From positions 608,001 to 672,000 of the forward strand of contig CAVYCN010000002.1 in assembly GCA_963767005.1 (NCBI GenBank): DNA of 64,000 nucleotides. The letters run 5' to 3'. Origin of the DNA: an uncultured Actinomycetes bacterium. Lineage in GTDB: Bacteria; Actinomycetota; Thermoleophilia; UBA2241. The notes under the pieces are model-generated. The model saw nothing but the letters and a program-made list of their open reading frames with translations, ran no database searches and had not been told where the DNA came from. A program made the translations under genes and the position numbers. Shown piece by piece: positions 1-10,221 of this stretch (positions within the stretch are counted from its first letter, which is position 1; the number at the start of each line of letters is the position of its first letter).

Positions 1-50
1 ATGTGCTCTCTGTCGTACTTGACGAGCTCTTCGGTACGCGCACTGGTCAT
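1..50 (-). CDS. 5' end of a gene running off the window, possibly a class III aminotransferase
   Basis: ATG at 50 reads MTSARTEELVKYDREH, which resembles the N-terminus of class III PLP aminotransferases; only 16 codons are visible. Confidence 0.4.
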   Translation of the reverse strand, partial: MTSARTEELVKYDREH

Positions 51-122
51 CTCTGTCTTCGACCCGTCCTTTCGACCGTCAGGTGTCAGACCCGAAGGGG
101 CCACGTTCACGTGCTGCACACA

Positions 123-154
123 TAAAACGATTTATGCGATAGAAAACGATTTCT
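123..154. promoter_or_regulatory. Two LacI-type operator-like imperfect palindromes
   Basis: TAAAACGATTTA (123-134) and AGAAAACGATTTCT (141-154) have the CG-centred form typical of LacI operators; TTGACA on the minus strand at 167-162; a LacI gene lies in the same cluster. Confidence 0.55.
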
Positions 155-179
155 GCTCTCCTGTCAAGCCGGGCTGTCC

Positions 180-920
180 TCAGGAGGAGTAAGCCTGCTC
201 GAGCGGCAGGATCTGGATCTGCGTCGTGTTGACCACGCGCGGCTGAGCGAGCGCATAGGCGACCGCCCAGGCGATGTGCTCCGGCGACAGCGCCTCGATC
301 TTCTCAAGGTCGTGCTTGCCGATCGGCAGCGCGTGGATGAGGGGCGTGTCGACCAGACCGGGCTCGATCTGCGTGACCCGCACGCCGTACTCGAGCGCCT
401 CTTTGCGCAGCGAGCCGGCCATGCCGGCGATCGCCCATTTGCTGGCGATGTACATGGGCTCACCGACGTAGGTCACCCGCCCTGATATCGAGGCCATCAC
501 GACGATGTGGCCGTTGCGCCGCACCTTCATGAAAGGCAGCACGGCACGGATCAGAAAGGCGGTGCCGAGCACGTTGGTGTCGATCATGCGCTGCCACTCG
601 GCCGGGTCGCCGGTGAGCATGTCGCCCTCGATGTCGATGCCGGCGTTGGGCACCGCGAAGTCGACCTTGCCGTAGGTGTCGGCGCACAGCTTCGCGAGGC
701 GCTCCATGTCGTCGAAGGAATGGACGTCGGCGCTGAAGCCGACCGCCGTGCCGCCGCTCGCCGTGATCGTCGCGACCAGGCGATCGATGTCGTCCTTGGT
801 GCGGGCGCAGACCACGAGCTGCGCTCCCAGGCCGGCGAGCTCGCGCGCCACGGCCTCGCCGATGCCTTTGCCGGCGCCGGTGATCACCCCGGCGCGCCCC
901 GTCAGGTCGAAGTCGAGCAT
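180..920 (-). CDS. SDR-family NAD(P)-dependent oxidoreductase
   Basis: TGAGKGIG Rossmann motif, NAG motif, catalytic YIASK (YxxxK). Confidence 0.95.
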   Translation of the reverse strand: MLDFDLTGRAGVITGAGKGIGEAVARELAGLGAQLVVCARTKDDIDRLVATITASGGTAVGFSADVHSFDDMERLAKLCADTYGKVDFAVPNAGIDIEGDMLTGDPAEWQRMIDTNVLGTAFLIRAVLPFMKVRRNGHIVVMASISGRVTYVGEPMYIASKWAIAGMAGSLRKEALEYGVRVTQIEPGLVDTPLIHALPIGKHDLEKIEALSPEHIAWAVAYALAQPRVVNTTQIQILPLEQAYSS

Positions 921-961
921 CGCTCATCCCCTTTCGCGGTCTGCTTGCGCGGACGTGCCGG

Positions 962-2449
962 TCACGATGCGCCGGCCCAGATCACGGCCTTGAGCTCGGT
1001 GAACTCCTCGATGCCGACGTCGCCGATCTCGCGGCCGACGCCGCTCTGCTTGAAGCCGCCCCACGGCAGCCCGAGCGGCGCGCAGGCCCACGTGTTGTTC
1101 ACGAAGACGGTGCCGGCGCGCACGGCCCGCACGTAGCGCCGGGCGCGCTTCGGGTCGCTCGTCCAGACGCCGGCGGTGAGGCCGAACACGGTGTCGTTGG
1201 CGATGCGGATCGCCTCGTCCTCGGTGTCGAAGGGGATGACGACGAGCACGGGCCCGAAGATCTCCTCCTGTGCCACACGCATCGCGTTGTCGACATCGAC
1301 GAAGACCGTCGGCTCGAAGAAGAACCCCACGTCGCCGATGCGCTTGCCGCCGCAGGCGAGGGTGGCGCCCTCCTGCTTGCCGATCGCGACGTAGCGCTCG
1401 ACCGTGGTGAGCTGCTCGGCCGACGACAGCGGGCCCATCTCGGAGGCCGGGTCGAGCCCGGGTCCGACGCGCAGGGCCTTGGCGCGACGCACCAGGTCGG
1501 TCACGAAGGTGTCGGCGATCGAACGCTCAACGAGCAGCCGCGAGCCGGCGCAACAGGCCTGACCGCAGTTGCCGAAGGCGCTGAAGAGCACGCCCTCGAG
1601 CGCCGCGTCCAGGTCGGCGTCGGCGAAGACGCAGTTCGGCGCCTTGCCGCCGAGCTCGAGGCTGACCTTCTTGATGGTCTGCGCCGCCTTCTCCATGATC
1701 TGGCGGCCCACCTCGACGCTGCCGGTCAGCGTGACCATGTCGACGAGCGGCGTGCTCGCGAGGAAGTCGCCTACCGTCCGGCCCGGGCCGATCACGACCT
1801 GGAAGACGCCCTGCGGCAGGCCGACCTCGTGGAAGACCTGGGCCATGCCGATGGCGGTGAGCGGCGAGAGGCTCGCCGGCTTGATGATCACCGTGTTCCC
1901 GGCGGCGAGCGCCGACGCGAACTTGAAGCTGGCCAGTACGAGCGGGAAGTTCCACGGGCACACGCCGACGACCACGCCGATCGGTTCGCGAACGAGGGCC
2001 GTCGGCTCGGTGATCGGCTGCTCGGCCAGGTACCGCTCGGCGAGCTCGCCGGCGTAGTCGAGCAGGTCGGCGACCCGCTGCATGTCGCCGCGTCCGTCGC
2101 CGACGAGCTTGCCCATCTCGAGCGTCTCCCAGCGGGCGAGCTCGTCGACGCGCTCGCGCAGCCCGGCGCCCGCCGCGCGCAGCAGCTCAGCGCGCTCGTG
2201 TGCGCTCGTGCGGGGCCAGGGCCCTTCGTCGAACGCCCGCCGCGCGGCCTCCACGGCGGCCTCGGCTTCGGCCAGGCCGCCGTTTGCCACCCGCGCCACG
2301 ACCTGCTCGGTGGCCGGGTCGACGACGTCGATCAGGCCGCCGTCGGCGGCGTCGACGAAGGCGCCGTCGATGTACATCTGAAAGTCGCCCAGCATGGTGG
2401 TGGCGGCAGCGGAGGCCCTGCGGCCCGCAGTCTCATCGCTCATGATCAC
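962..2449 (-). CDS. Aldehyde dehydrogenase (betaine-aldehyde dehydrogenase-like)
   Basis: PWNFP, TGSVEVG, LELGGK, catalytic GQACCAG, EEIFGPV, GGFKQSG motifs. Confidence 0.95.
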   Translation of the reverse strand: MIMSDETAGRRASAAATTMLGDFQMYIDGAFVDAADGGLIDVVDPATEQVVARVANGGLAEAEAAVEAARRAFDEGPWPRTSAHERAELLRAAGAGLRERVDELARWETLEMGKLVGDGRGDMQRVADLLDYAGELAERYLAEQPITEPTALVREPIGVVVGVCPWNFPLVLASFKFASALAAGNTVIIKPASLSPLTAIGMAQVFHEVGLPQGVFQVVIGPGRTVGDFLASTPLVDMVTLTGSVEVGRQIMEKAAQTIKKVSLELGGKAPNCVFADADLDAALEGVLFSAFGNCGQACCAGSRLLVERSIADTFVTDLVRRAKALRVGPGLDPASEMGPLSSAEQLTTVERYVAIGKQEGATLACGGKRIGDVGFFFEPTVFVDVDNAMRVAQEEIFGPVLVVIPFDTEDEAIRIANDTVFGLTAGVWTSDPKRARRYVRAVRAGTVFVNNTWACAPLGLPWGGFKQSGVGREIGDVGIEEFTELKAVIWAGAS

Positions 2450-2491
2450 CCTCCATCGTGTCGGTCCCGGCCGGTGGCACGGTGACGCTTC

Positions 2492-3664
2492 TCATGCACG
2501 CTCTTCTCGATCAGGCGCGATCGCGCCGCCGCCCGCCGCCGCGACGCCGGCCGCCTCGCGGCTGGCGGCCGGCGGCGCCGTCGAGGCGCGCCGCACGAGC
2601 TCGAAGGGCACCTGCTCGCAGGCCGGTCGGCCCGACGTCTCGCCGGCTCGCAGGAGCCGCCAGGCCGCCAGGCCGAGCTCGCGGGCCGGCACGCGGATCG
2701 TCGTGAGCGGCGGCTCGCTGTGCGCCGACATGACGACGTCGTCGAAGCCGACGACGCTCACGTCGGCCGGGATACGGAGGCCGTGCTCACGCAGCGCCGA
2801 GATCGCGCCGAAGGCGACCTCGTCGGTGGCGGCGAACAGGGCGCTGAACGGCGTGCCGGCGGCGAGCAGGCCGGCGACGGCGTGCGAGCCGCCCTCGACG
2901 CTGAGCGGCGTGGGCACCACGAGGCGCTCGTCGAGCGGCTCGCCGACGCGCATGAGGGCCGCGCAGTAGCCGGTGTAGCGGTCCTGGACCGTCGTCGAGT
3001 TGAGCGGGCCGCCGAGGAACGCGATGCGCCTGTGACCGAGCTCGACCAGGTGCGCGACGGCCGCGTCGGCGCCGGCGACGTCGTCGACCGCGACGTGCGG
3101 GATGTCGAGCTCGTAGCGGCCGACCGCCACGACCGGCACATCCTGCTCACGCAGCCGCTGCACGGCGAGGGCGACCGGCAGGGTCGCGGCCGGCTCGCGG
3201 AGCTGACCGCCGATCAGCACGACGCCGGTGGGCTTCTGGCTGAGCAGCATCGTGAGGTAGCTCTCGAGCTTGCCGGCGTCGCGGTCGTCGTTGCCGACCA
3301 GGACGACCAGGCCGTCGGCCACGGCGGCGTCCTGCAGGCCGCGCACGACGACGCTGAAGAACGGGTCGGTGATGTCGTGAACGATGGCCCCGACGAGCTC
3401 GCTGCGCCCGGTGACCAGGGCGCGCGCCGCCGAGTTCGTGACGTAGTTCAGGGCGCGCGCGGCGTCTTCGACGCGGCGCCGCGCGCGGTCGCTCACCGGG
3501 TACGACGAGCCCGACAGCACGCGCGAGGCCGTGCCGGGCGACACCCCGGCCAGGCGGGCGACGTCGCGGATCGAGGCGCCCTGCCGGCCGCGTCCGGCCC
3601 CGCGCCGACCAGCGCGCGCGGACCGTCCGGTCCCGCCGGAGCGCTCCTCCGAGGCCGCGCTCAT
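2492..3664 (-). CDS. LacI-family transcriptional regulator
   Basis: SIRDVARLAGVSPGTASRVL HTH and SVVGFDD...PPLTTI; the start at 3664 overlaps the upstream stop (ATGA). Confidence 0.93.
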   Translation of the reverse strand: MSAASEERSGGTGRSARAGRRGAGRGRQGASIRDVARLAGVSPGTASRVLSGSSYPVSDRARRRVEDAARALNYVTNSAARALVTGRSELVGAIVHDITDPFFSVVVRGLQDAAVADGLVVLVGNDDRDAGKLESYLTMLLSQKPTGVVLIGGQLREPAATLPVALAVQRLREQDVPVVAVGRYELDIPHVAVDDVAGADAAVAHLVELGHRRIAFLGGPLNSTTVQDRYTGYCAALMRVGEPLDERLVVPTPLSVEGGSHAVAGLLAAGTPFSALFAATDEVAFGAISALREHGLRIPADVSVVGFDDVVMSAHSEPPLTTIRVPARELGLAAWRLLRAGETSGRPACEQVPFELVRRASTAPPAASREAAGVAAAGGGAIAPDREERA

Positions 3665-4761
3665 CGCTGCACTCTCGCCGACGCGCCACGTACGAGGCTC
3701 TCGACCTCGGCGAGTGTGGCCATCGACGTGTCGCCGGGGGTCGTCATGGCGAGCGCGCCGTGCGCGGCGCCGTACTCGAGCGCGAGCGGGGGGTCGAAGC
3801 CGCTGAGTAGTCCGTAGATGAGACCCGAGGCGAACGAGTCGCCACCGCCGACGCGATCGAGGATCTCGAGCGCCGGACGCGGCGTCGAGCGATGCAGCTC
3901 GCCGCCCGCCCAGCAAACGGCGCTCCAGTCGTTGCGGCCCGCCGACACGACGGCGCGCAGGGTGGTCGCCACCAGGCGCACGCCGGGGTAGGCGGCGACG
4001 ACCTGCGCCATCATCGCGCCGTAGCGCTCCGGGTCGAGGGTCGAGAAGTCGCGGTCGAGCCCCGCCACCTCGAAGCCGAGCGCCGCGCTGAAGTCCTCTT
4101 CGTTGCCGAGCATGACGTCGACGAGCGGCGCGACCTGCCGGTTGACCTCGCGGGCGCGGTCCTGGCCACCGACCGCGCGCCACAGCGAGGGCCGGTAGTT
4201 CAGGTCGTACGACACGATCGTGCCGTGCCGGCGGGCCGCCGCCATCGCCTCGGTGGCCAGGTCGGCGGTGTGTTCGCCGAGCGCCGCGAAGATGCCGCCG
4301 CAGTGGAACCAGCGGGCGCCCTCGGCGCCGAACACCTCGTCCCAGTCGATGTCGCCGGGACGCAGCTGAGACACAGCCGTGTGGCCGCGGTCGGAGCAGC
4401 CGACGGCGCCGCGCACACCGAAGCCGCGCTCGGTGAAGTTGAGGCCGTTGCGCACCGCGCGCCCCACGCCGTCGTAGGGCACCCAGCGCACGTGGCTCTG
4501 GTCGACGCCGCCGCGCAGGACGAGGTCCTCGACGAGGCGGCCCACCGGGTTGTCGGCCAGGGCGCTTACCAGGGCGCTGCGCAGGCCGAAGCAGCGCCGC
4601 AGGCCGCGCGCGACGTTGTACTCTCCGCCGCCCTCGCAGACCTCGAACGAGCGGCTGGTGGCGATGCGGCCCTCGCCGGGGTCGAAGCGCAGCATGACTT
4701 CGCCGAGCGCCACGAGGTCCCAGCGGCACTGGTCGGCGGGGCGGATCTCGAGCAGGCCCAT
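3661..4761 (-). CDS. kdgK: PfkB-family sugar kinase (2-keto-3-deoxygluconate kinase)
   Basis: GGGEYNVA, YDLNYRPSLW, DRVGGGDSF motifs; adjacent to eda. Confidence 0.85.
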   Translation of the reverse strand: MGLLEIRPADQCRWDLVALGEVMLRFDPGEGRIATSRSFEVCEGGGEYNVARGLRRCFGLRSALVSALADNPVGRLVEDLVLRGGVDQSHVRWVPYDGVGRAVRNGLNFTERGFGVRGAVGCSDRGHTAVSQLRPGDIDWDEVFGAEGARWFHCGGIFAALGEHTADLATEAMAAARRHGTIVSYDLNYRPSLWRAVGGQDRAREVNRQVAPLVDVMLGNEEDFSAALGFEVAGLDRDFSTLDPERYGAMMAQVVAAYPGVRLVATTLRAVVSAGRNDWSAVCWAGGELHRSTPRPALEILDRVGGGDSFASGLIYGLLSGFDPPLALEYGAAHGALAMTTPGDTSMATLAEVESLVRGASARVQR

Positions 4762-4780
4762 GACTCCCTCCTGACGCTCG

Positions 4781-5434
4781 CTAGACGACGCTCGGGCGCG
4801 CGGCGCCGGCGAGGCGCCTGGCCTCGGTGGCCAGGCGACCGATCGTGTCGAAGTCGCCGGCCGCGATCAGGTCCTTGGTGACCATCCAGCTCCCGCCGCA
4901 GGCGATGACTTGCCGGACGGCCAGATAGGACGCCAGGTTGTCGGGGCCGATGCCGCCGGTCGGCACGAAACGGGCGGCGCCGAACGGCGCGGCCAGGGCC
5001 TTCAGGTACGCGACACCGCCCGCCGCCTCGGCCGGGAACAGCTTGAGGACCGACAGGCCGCAGGCGAGCGCCAGCGTGACCTCGGTCGGCGTGCAGACCC
5101 CGGGCACGACCGGTATGCCGCGCTCCAGGGCGAAGTCGACGACCGCCGGATCGAAGCCGGGCGCCACGATGAAGCTCGCGCCGGCCCGCACGGCGGCCTC
5201 GGCCTGGGCCACCGACAGGACTGTGCCGGCGCCCACGCGCAGCTCGGGCACGCCGGTGGCGATGGCCGCGATCGCCGCGGCCGCGGCGTCGGTGCGGAAC
5301 GTGATCTCGGCGCACGGCAGACCGGCCTCGACCAGCGTGCGCGCGAGCGGCACGGCGTCGTCGGCCCGGGGGATCGCGACGACCGGCACCAGGCGCACCT
5401 CGGCGAGGAACGATGCGAAGCCCTCTGCGCTCAA
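4781..5434 (-). CDS. eda: KDPG/KHG aldolase
   Basis: EITFRT, VGAGTV, LKLFPA, PTGGI motifs; TTG start at 5434 downstream of AGGAGG. Confidence 0.92.
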   Translation of the reverse strand: MSAEGFASFLAEVRLVPVVAIPRADDAVPLARTLVEAGLPCAEITFRTDAAAAAIAAIATGVPELRVGAGTVLSVAQAEAAVRAGASFIVAPGFDPAVVDFALERGIPVVPGVCTPTEVTLALACGLSVLKLFPAEAAGGVAYLKALAAPFGAARFVPTGGIGPDNLASYLAVRQVIACGGSWMVTKDLIAAGDFDTIGRLATEARRLAGAARPSVV

Positions 5435-5493
5435 AGACCCGACCTCCTGCGACGGCGGTTGACGGCTAAGTCCAGCACATCCGCGAGCCGGAA

Positions 5494-5506
5494 GCAAACG
5501 GTTTCT
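5494..5506. promoter_or_regulatory. LacI operator-like site upstream of eda
   Basis: GCAAACGGTTTCT is a CG-centred imperfect palindrome resembling the sites at 123-154. Confidence 0.4.
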
Positions 5507-5666
5507 ATCAGCATCCATGAAGAGGTACGTTGTCAGCGACGCGCGCCGAGCCTGCGCGGCCGTGAGGTCCGACAACGCCGGCGACGTTTGACAGACGGGG
5601 TCCGCGCGCGATGATGGGGGCGCCGGCACGTACAGCGGGTGCCGGCCCGTCGAGGAGGGACGACAC

Positions 5667-5999
5667 ATGGGCGACGTACAGCCGGAGCATCTTCCCGAAG
5701 TCTACCTGCGGTTCAGGGGCCACAACGCCGAGGTGGCGACGGCGCTCGACCGTCTCGGCGCGGCCGTCGACGGCGCCGGACCGCTCGACGAGCGTACGCA
5801 GCGTCTCGTCAAGCTCGGCCTGGCGATCGGCGCCGCCGCCGAGGGCGCGGTGCGGTCGAACGCCCGCAAGGCCATGGCGGCCGGCGCGTCGCCCGCCGAG
5901 GTGCGGCACGTCACGCTGCTGGCGATCACCACGTGCGGCTTTCCGACGGCGATCGCCGGGGCAGCCTGGGTCGACGAGGTCCTGGGCGCCGAGGGTTGA
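5667..5999 (+). CDS. Carboxymuconolactone decarboxylase (AhpD-like) family protein
   Basis: LDERTQRLVKLGLA...AMAAGASPAEVR...TTCGFP pattern; GAGGAGG RBS. Confidence 0.85.
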   Translation: MGDVQPEHLPEVYLRFRGHNAEVATALDRLGAAVDGAGPLDERTQRLVKLGLAIGAAAEGAVRSNARKAMAAGASPAEVRHVTLLAITTCGFPTAIAGAAWVDEVLGAEG

Positions 6000-6220
6000 C
6001 CCGCGCGGTCGGTGCGCATCGCCTTCGCCGACGCTCGCCTCGATCGCGCCGTCGCCCCGGGAGCCCACCGGCACGTCCGCTCTGGGCCCCCACCGGCGCT
6101 TACTCGCTGGGCCCCTCTGACGCTTGCGCCGGCACGGCCGATTCGTAAGACTTGAGTCCGACACATGCGGACCTGAGAGCCCCAGGCGGGGCAGGTTCCC
6201 GACGGTAGCGAGGTCGCCCC

Positions 6221-8275
6221 ATCGACCCAAGTGAGTTCCACGCCGCCGAGGCCGGACGGGTGGTCACGACCCCCGACGGCTACGCCGCCTTCGTCCCCGC
6301 GCCCCTGCCTCCCCACCGGCTGATGTTCGGCCGCGAGCTCGTGCTCGCGCTGTCGCGCGCCGATGCGGCGCTCGGCGAGCTGTCCGGCATCGTGAGCGAG
6401 CTGCCCGAGCCGCACCTGCTCGACGCGCCTTTCAAGCGCCAGGAGGCGCTCTGCTCATCGCGTATCGAAGGTGCCCGTGTGAGCCTGTCCGACCTGTTCC
6501 TCGACCAGATCGGAGCGGCCCCGGCCGGCGTGCCGCGCGACCACCTGCGCGAGGTGCGGGCCTGCATCGCGACCCTGCGCTTCGGCGTCGAGCGCCTGGC
6601 GGACGAGCCGCTGTCGCTCGACCTCGTGCGCCGGCTCCACGAGGAGCTGCTGCGCGGCGAGATCGGCGGTAACCGCACGCCGGGCGAGTTCCGCACGGGC
6701 GAGAGCTGGCTCGGACCGCCCGGCTCCACCTTGGCGACGGCCGCCTACGTCGCCCCGCCGGTGCCCGAGATGCTCGAGGCCCTCGCCGCCTGGGACGAGT
6801 TCCTGCGCACGCGCGACGAGCTGCCCGACCTGGTGCAGTGTGCGCTGCTCCACGCCCAGTTCGAGAGCATCCACCCGTTCGTGGGCGGCAACGGCCGTCT
6901 CGGCCGCCTGCTCATCACGCTCTTCCTGATCGACCGGCGGCGGCTCACGCGTCCGCTGCTCTACCTGTCGGCCTACTTCGAGGCGCATCGCGACGAGTAC
7001 TACCGCCGTCTCCAGCGCGTGCGCACGCACGCCGAGTGGGTGCCGTGGCTGCAGTTCTTCTTGACCGGGGTGCGTCAGACCGCCGAGCGCGGCGTGCGTC
7101 AGGCCCGCGCCCTGATCGCCATCCACGGCGAGCTGCACGCCCGCCTCAAGGGACCGGCGCTCGCCCTGGCCAGCGAGGCCTTCCGCACGCCCTGCGTGAC
7201 CGTCCCCCAGGCTCAGCGGGTGCTCGCCGTCGCGAACGGCACGGCGCGGCACGCCGTGCACGAGCTCACGAGCCGCGGCATCCTCGAGGAGTACGCAGAG
7301 AAGCGCTGGCCGCGCGTCTACCTGGCGCGACCGGTCCTGGACGCCGTGCTGCACCCGCTCGAGGAGCTGCGCCAGGCGCACCAGAGCGACGGCGACGGCG
7401 CGGTGCTCAAGTCGGTGGCCGGCCTGCGGCCGGAGCCCACGCGCCCGGCCGATCGCCTCATGGCCGAGGCGATGGCGATCATCGACACGGCCCGCGAGCA
7501 GGGCGTTCAGCTCCGTCTCACCGGCGGGCTTGCGATCCGCCGCTACTGCACCGACCTCGACTTCATGGACCGCGAGTACTCCGACATCGACGTCGTCGGC
7601 CTGGCCGCGCAGTCCCGGGACATGCATCCCGTGTTCGCCGGCCTCGGCTACGCCGAGAATCGCTACGTGAGCCAGGCCACCGACAGCCAGCAGCTCCAGT
7701 ACGTCAAGGCCGAGACCTTGGTCGAGCCGGCGCCCGAGACGGATTCCGCCGAGGCGCCGCTCGTCGACCACGTCGACATCTTCCTCGACGTCATGCGCAT
7801 GGACCACGACGTCGATGTCCGCGAGCGGCTCGACATCGACGACTACGCGATCTCGCCGGTCGACGCGCTCATCGCCAAGCTGCAGATCGGCAAGATCAAT
7901 CAGAAGGACGTGCACGACGTGGTCGCCCTGCTCAAGGACGTGCCGCTGCTCGACGCCGAGGGCGGACCCTCGGTCGACGTGCCGTACATGGCCGACACCT
8001 GCTCGCGCGACTGGGGCCTGTACCACGACATCACGACCAACCTCGACGCCGTGCTCGCGCGGGCCGGCGACTACGGCCTGCCGGCCGACGACCTCCAGCG
8101 CGTGCGCGAGCGCGTCTCGGCGATCAAGGAGGCGGTCGAGGACGCCAGCAAGCCGATCGGCTGGCGCCTGCGAGCGCGCGTCGGCGAGCGCGTGGCTTGG
8201 CGCCGCGAGGTCGAGGACACCGAAGGCACGCAGCTCATCGCCCCCGAGTGGGACTGGCGCCGCGACCTCGGCTAG
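6221..8275 (+). CDS. Fic-domain protein fused to a C-terminal nucleotidyltransferase-like domain
   Basis: SSRIEG inhibitory motif, HPFVGGNGRLGR Fic motif, C-terminal LTGGLAI...YSDIDVV; first canonical start is GTG 6260, but an in-frame ATC at 6221 follows a GAGGT RBS. Confidence 0.85.
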   Translation: MDPSEFHAAEAGRVVTTPDGYAAFVPAPLPPHRLMFGRELVLALSRADAALGELSGIVSELPEPHLLDAPFKRQEALCSSRIEGARVSLSDLFLDQIGAAPAGVPRDHLREVRACIATLRFGVERLADEPLSLDLVRRLHEELLRGEIGGNRTPGEFRTGESWLGPPGSTLATAAYVAPPVPEMLEALAAWDEFLRTRDELPDLVQCALLHAQFESIHPFVGGNGRLGRLLITLFLIDRRRLTRPLLYLSAYFEAHRDEYYRRLQRVRTHAEWVPWLQFFLTGVRQTAERGVRQARALIAIHGELHARLKGPALALASEAFRTPCVTVPQAQRVLAVANGTARHAVHELTSRGILEEYAEKRWPRVYLARPVLDAVLHPLEELRQAHQSDGDGAVLKSVAGLRPEPTRPADRLMAEAMAIIDTAREQGVQLRLTGGLAIRRYCTDLDFMDREYSDIDVVGLAAQSRDMHPVFAGLGYAENRYVSQATDSQQLQYVKAETLVEPAPETDSAEAPLVDHVDIFLDVMRMDHDVDVRERLDIDDYAISPVDALIAKLQIGKINQKDVHDVVALLKDVPLLDAEGGPSVDVPYMADTCSRDWGLYHDITTNLDAVLARAGDYGLPADDLQRVRERVSAIKEAVEDASKPIGWRLRARVGERVAWRREVEDTEGTQLIAPEWDWRRDLG

Positions 8276-8325
8276 GATCGACCACAGGCGGGAAGCAGAC
8301 GTCCAGAGTCGACGGGGAGCGTGCG

Positions 8326-8670
8326 ATGGTCGGTCACAGACAGGATCTCGAAGGCACACGGCTGCGCGGAGACGGCCTCGATGGCGTCGTCAAGCGGCTG
8401 CTCGTGGGCCCGGCCGAAGGCTGGCAGGGCTGGGCGCTGCGCCTCTTCGAGCTCGAGCCGGCCGGCCACACGCCGCGCCACGCGCACCCCTGGCCGCACA
8501 TCAACTACGTCACAGCCGGCAGCGGCACCCTGCACATCGACGGCGTCGACCACGCCGTGAGCGCCGGCTCGTACGCCTACGTCCCGGCCGGCGCCACCCA
8601 CCAGTTCAGCAACTCGGGCGACGACACCTTCGCCTTCCTGTGCGTGGTCCCCGAGGAGGGCGAAGCCTGA
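8326..8670 (+). CDS. Cupin domain protein
   Basis: PAGHTPRHAHPWPH...YVPAGATHQFSN cupin motifs; GGGGAG RBS. Confidence 0.88.
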   Translation: MVGHRQDLEGTRLRGDGLDGVVKRLLVGPAEGWQGWALRLFELEPAGHTPRHAHPWPHINYVTAGSGTLHIDGVDHAVSAGSYAYVPAGATHQFSNSGDDTFAFLCVVPEEGEA

Positions 8671-8762
8671 CGGAGCGCCGCGCGGTGCGGCCGCGGGCCA
8701 GCCCATCGGCACGCCTCAGACGCGCCGCCGTGCGGCCGCCGCCGGAGACGGTGTCGCCGCTC

Positions 8763-10031
8763 TCAGAGGAACTCGTAGAGCGGGAACGTCTCGAGCAGGT
8801 CGAGTACCTCCTGGCGGATCTCGGCCAGCACCGCCGGCTTGCCCTTGGCCGCCACGGCGCGCAGGATCAGCCGCCCGGTCTGGCGCATCTCGACCTCGGT
8901 GAAGCCCCGTGTGCTCACGGCCGGCGAGCCCACGCGCAGGCCGCTCGCCACCGACATCGGGCCGTCGTCGAAGGGCACGACGTTGCGGTTGGCGGTGATG
9001 TTCACCGACTCCAGCAACTGCTGACACTCGAGGCCGTTCAGGCCGGTGCCGCGCAGGTCGACGAGGGCAAGGTGCACGTCGGTACCGCCCGACACGAGGC
9101 GCAGGCCGCCGTCGGCGAGCGTCTCGGCGAGCGCCGCGGCGTTGGCCACGATCTGGCGCTGCAGGCGGCGGAACTCCTCGCTGCGCGCGATGCGCAGGCA
9201 GACCGCCTTGGCGGCCACGACGTGGGCGAGCGGCCCGCCCTGCATGCCTGGGAACACGGCACGGTCGATCGCCTTGGCGTGCTCGGCGCGGCACATGATG
9301 AGGCCGGCGCGCGGGCCGGTGAGAGTCTTGTGTGTGGTCGAGGTGACGACGTCGCAGTACGGCACCGGGTCGGGGTGCAGGCCGGCCGCCACGAGGCCGG
9401 CGATATGGGCGATGTCGGCCAGCAGCAGGGCGCCGACCTCGTCGGCGATGGCGCGGAAGGCGGCGAAGTCGATGGTCCGCGGGTAGGAGCTGTAGCCGCA
9501 GATGATGAGCCGCGGTTTGTGCTCGAGCGCGAGCGCGCGGACCTCGTCGTAGTCGATCGTCTCGGTGTCGCGACGCACGTGGTAGGGGATGGCGTTGTAG
9601 GCGACCCCCGACATGTTGAGTGGCAGGCCGTGGGTGAGGTGGCCGCCGTGGGCCAGCTCCATCGCCAGGAACGTGTCGCCCGGCTTGAGCAGGGCGAACA
9701 GCGCAGCCAGGTTCGCCGACGAGCCCGAGTGCGGTTGCACATTCACGTGCTCGGCGCCGAAGAGCTCCTTGCAGCGGTCGATGGCGAGCTGCTCGACCGC
9801 GTCGATCACGTCGCAGCCGCCGTAGTAGCGCGCGCCGGGATACCCCTCGGCGTACTTGTTCGTCAGCACCGAGCCGGTGGCTTCGAGCACGGCGCGGCTG
9901 GCGAAGTTCTCGGAGGCGATCAGCTCGAGCGTCTCCTGCTGGCGGCGCAGCTCGCCGCGCAGCAGCTCGTTCAGGTCGGGGTCGAGCTCGTACAGCGGCT
10001 CGCGGCGCCATTCCTTGCCGACGGGGTTCAC
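8763..10031 (-). CDS. glyA: Serine hydroxymethyltransferase
   Basis: [22 protein letters not shown] (PLP lysine), FPGMQGGP; GTG start at 10031 after GAGGAG. Confidence 0.97.
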   Translation of the reverse strand: MNPVGKEWRREPLYELDPDLNELLRGELRRQQETLELIASENFASRAVLEATGSVLTNKYAEGYPGARYYGGCDVIDAVEQLAIDRCKELFGAEHVNVQPHSGSSANLAALFALLKPGDTFLAMELAHGGHLTHGLPLNMSGVAYNAIPYHVRRDTETIDYDEVRALALEHKPRLIICGYSSYPRTIDFAAFRAIADEVGALLLADIAHIAGLVAAGLHPDPVPYCDVVTSTTHKTLTGPRAGLIMCRAEHAKAIDRAVFPGMQGGPLAHVVAAKAVCLRIARSEEFRRLQRQIVANAAALAETLADGGLRLVSGGTDVHLALVDLRGTGLNGLECQQLLESVNITANRNVVPFDDGPMSVASGLRVGSPAVSTRGFTEVEMRQTGRLILRAVAAKGKPAVLAEIRQEVLDLLETFPLYEFL

Positions 10032-10119
10032 AAGGGCTCCTCGTGACGATGTCCGGGGGATCGGGCCGTCGCCGGACGGCCACGTCCATCCTACCAGAGC
10101 CGTGGCGGCTGGGCCGAGC

Positions 10120-10191
10120 GGTCCCGCACAATGGGACGTGACCGGGCCCACTCAGCGGGACGCGAGTGGTCCCGCACAGTGGGACGTGACC
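10120..10191. repeat. Three 24-bp tandem units with an internal GTCCC...GGGAC hairpin
   Basis: GGTCCCGCACA(A/G)TGGGACGTGACC at 10120 and 10168, with a degenerate copy between them. Confidence 0.7.
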
Positions 10192-10221
10192 GTGGGCGGT
10201 GCGCAGCGGCCCAGGCGACGG

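Noticed and set aside
6455-8359. Long antisense and alternate-frame ORFs here and throughout the window
   Set aside because: Arg/Ala/Pro-rich shadow frames typical of high-GC DNA, overlapping well-supported genes
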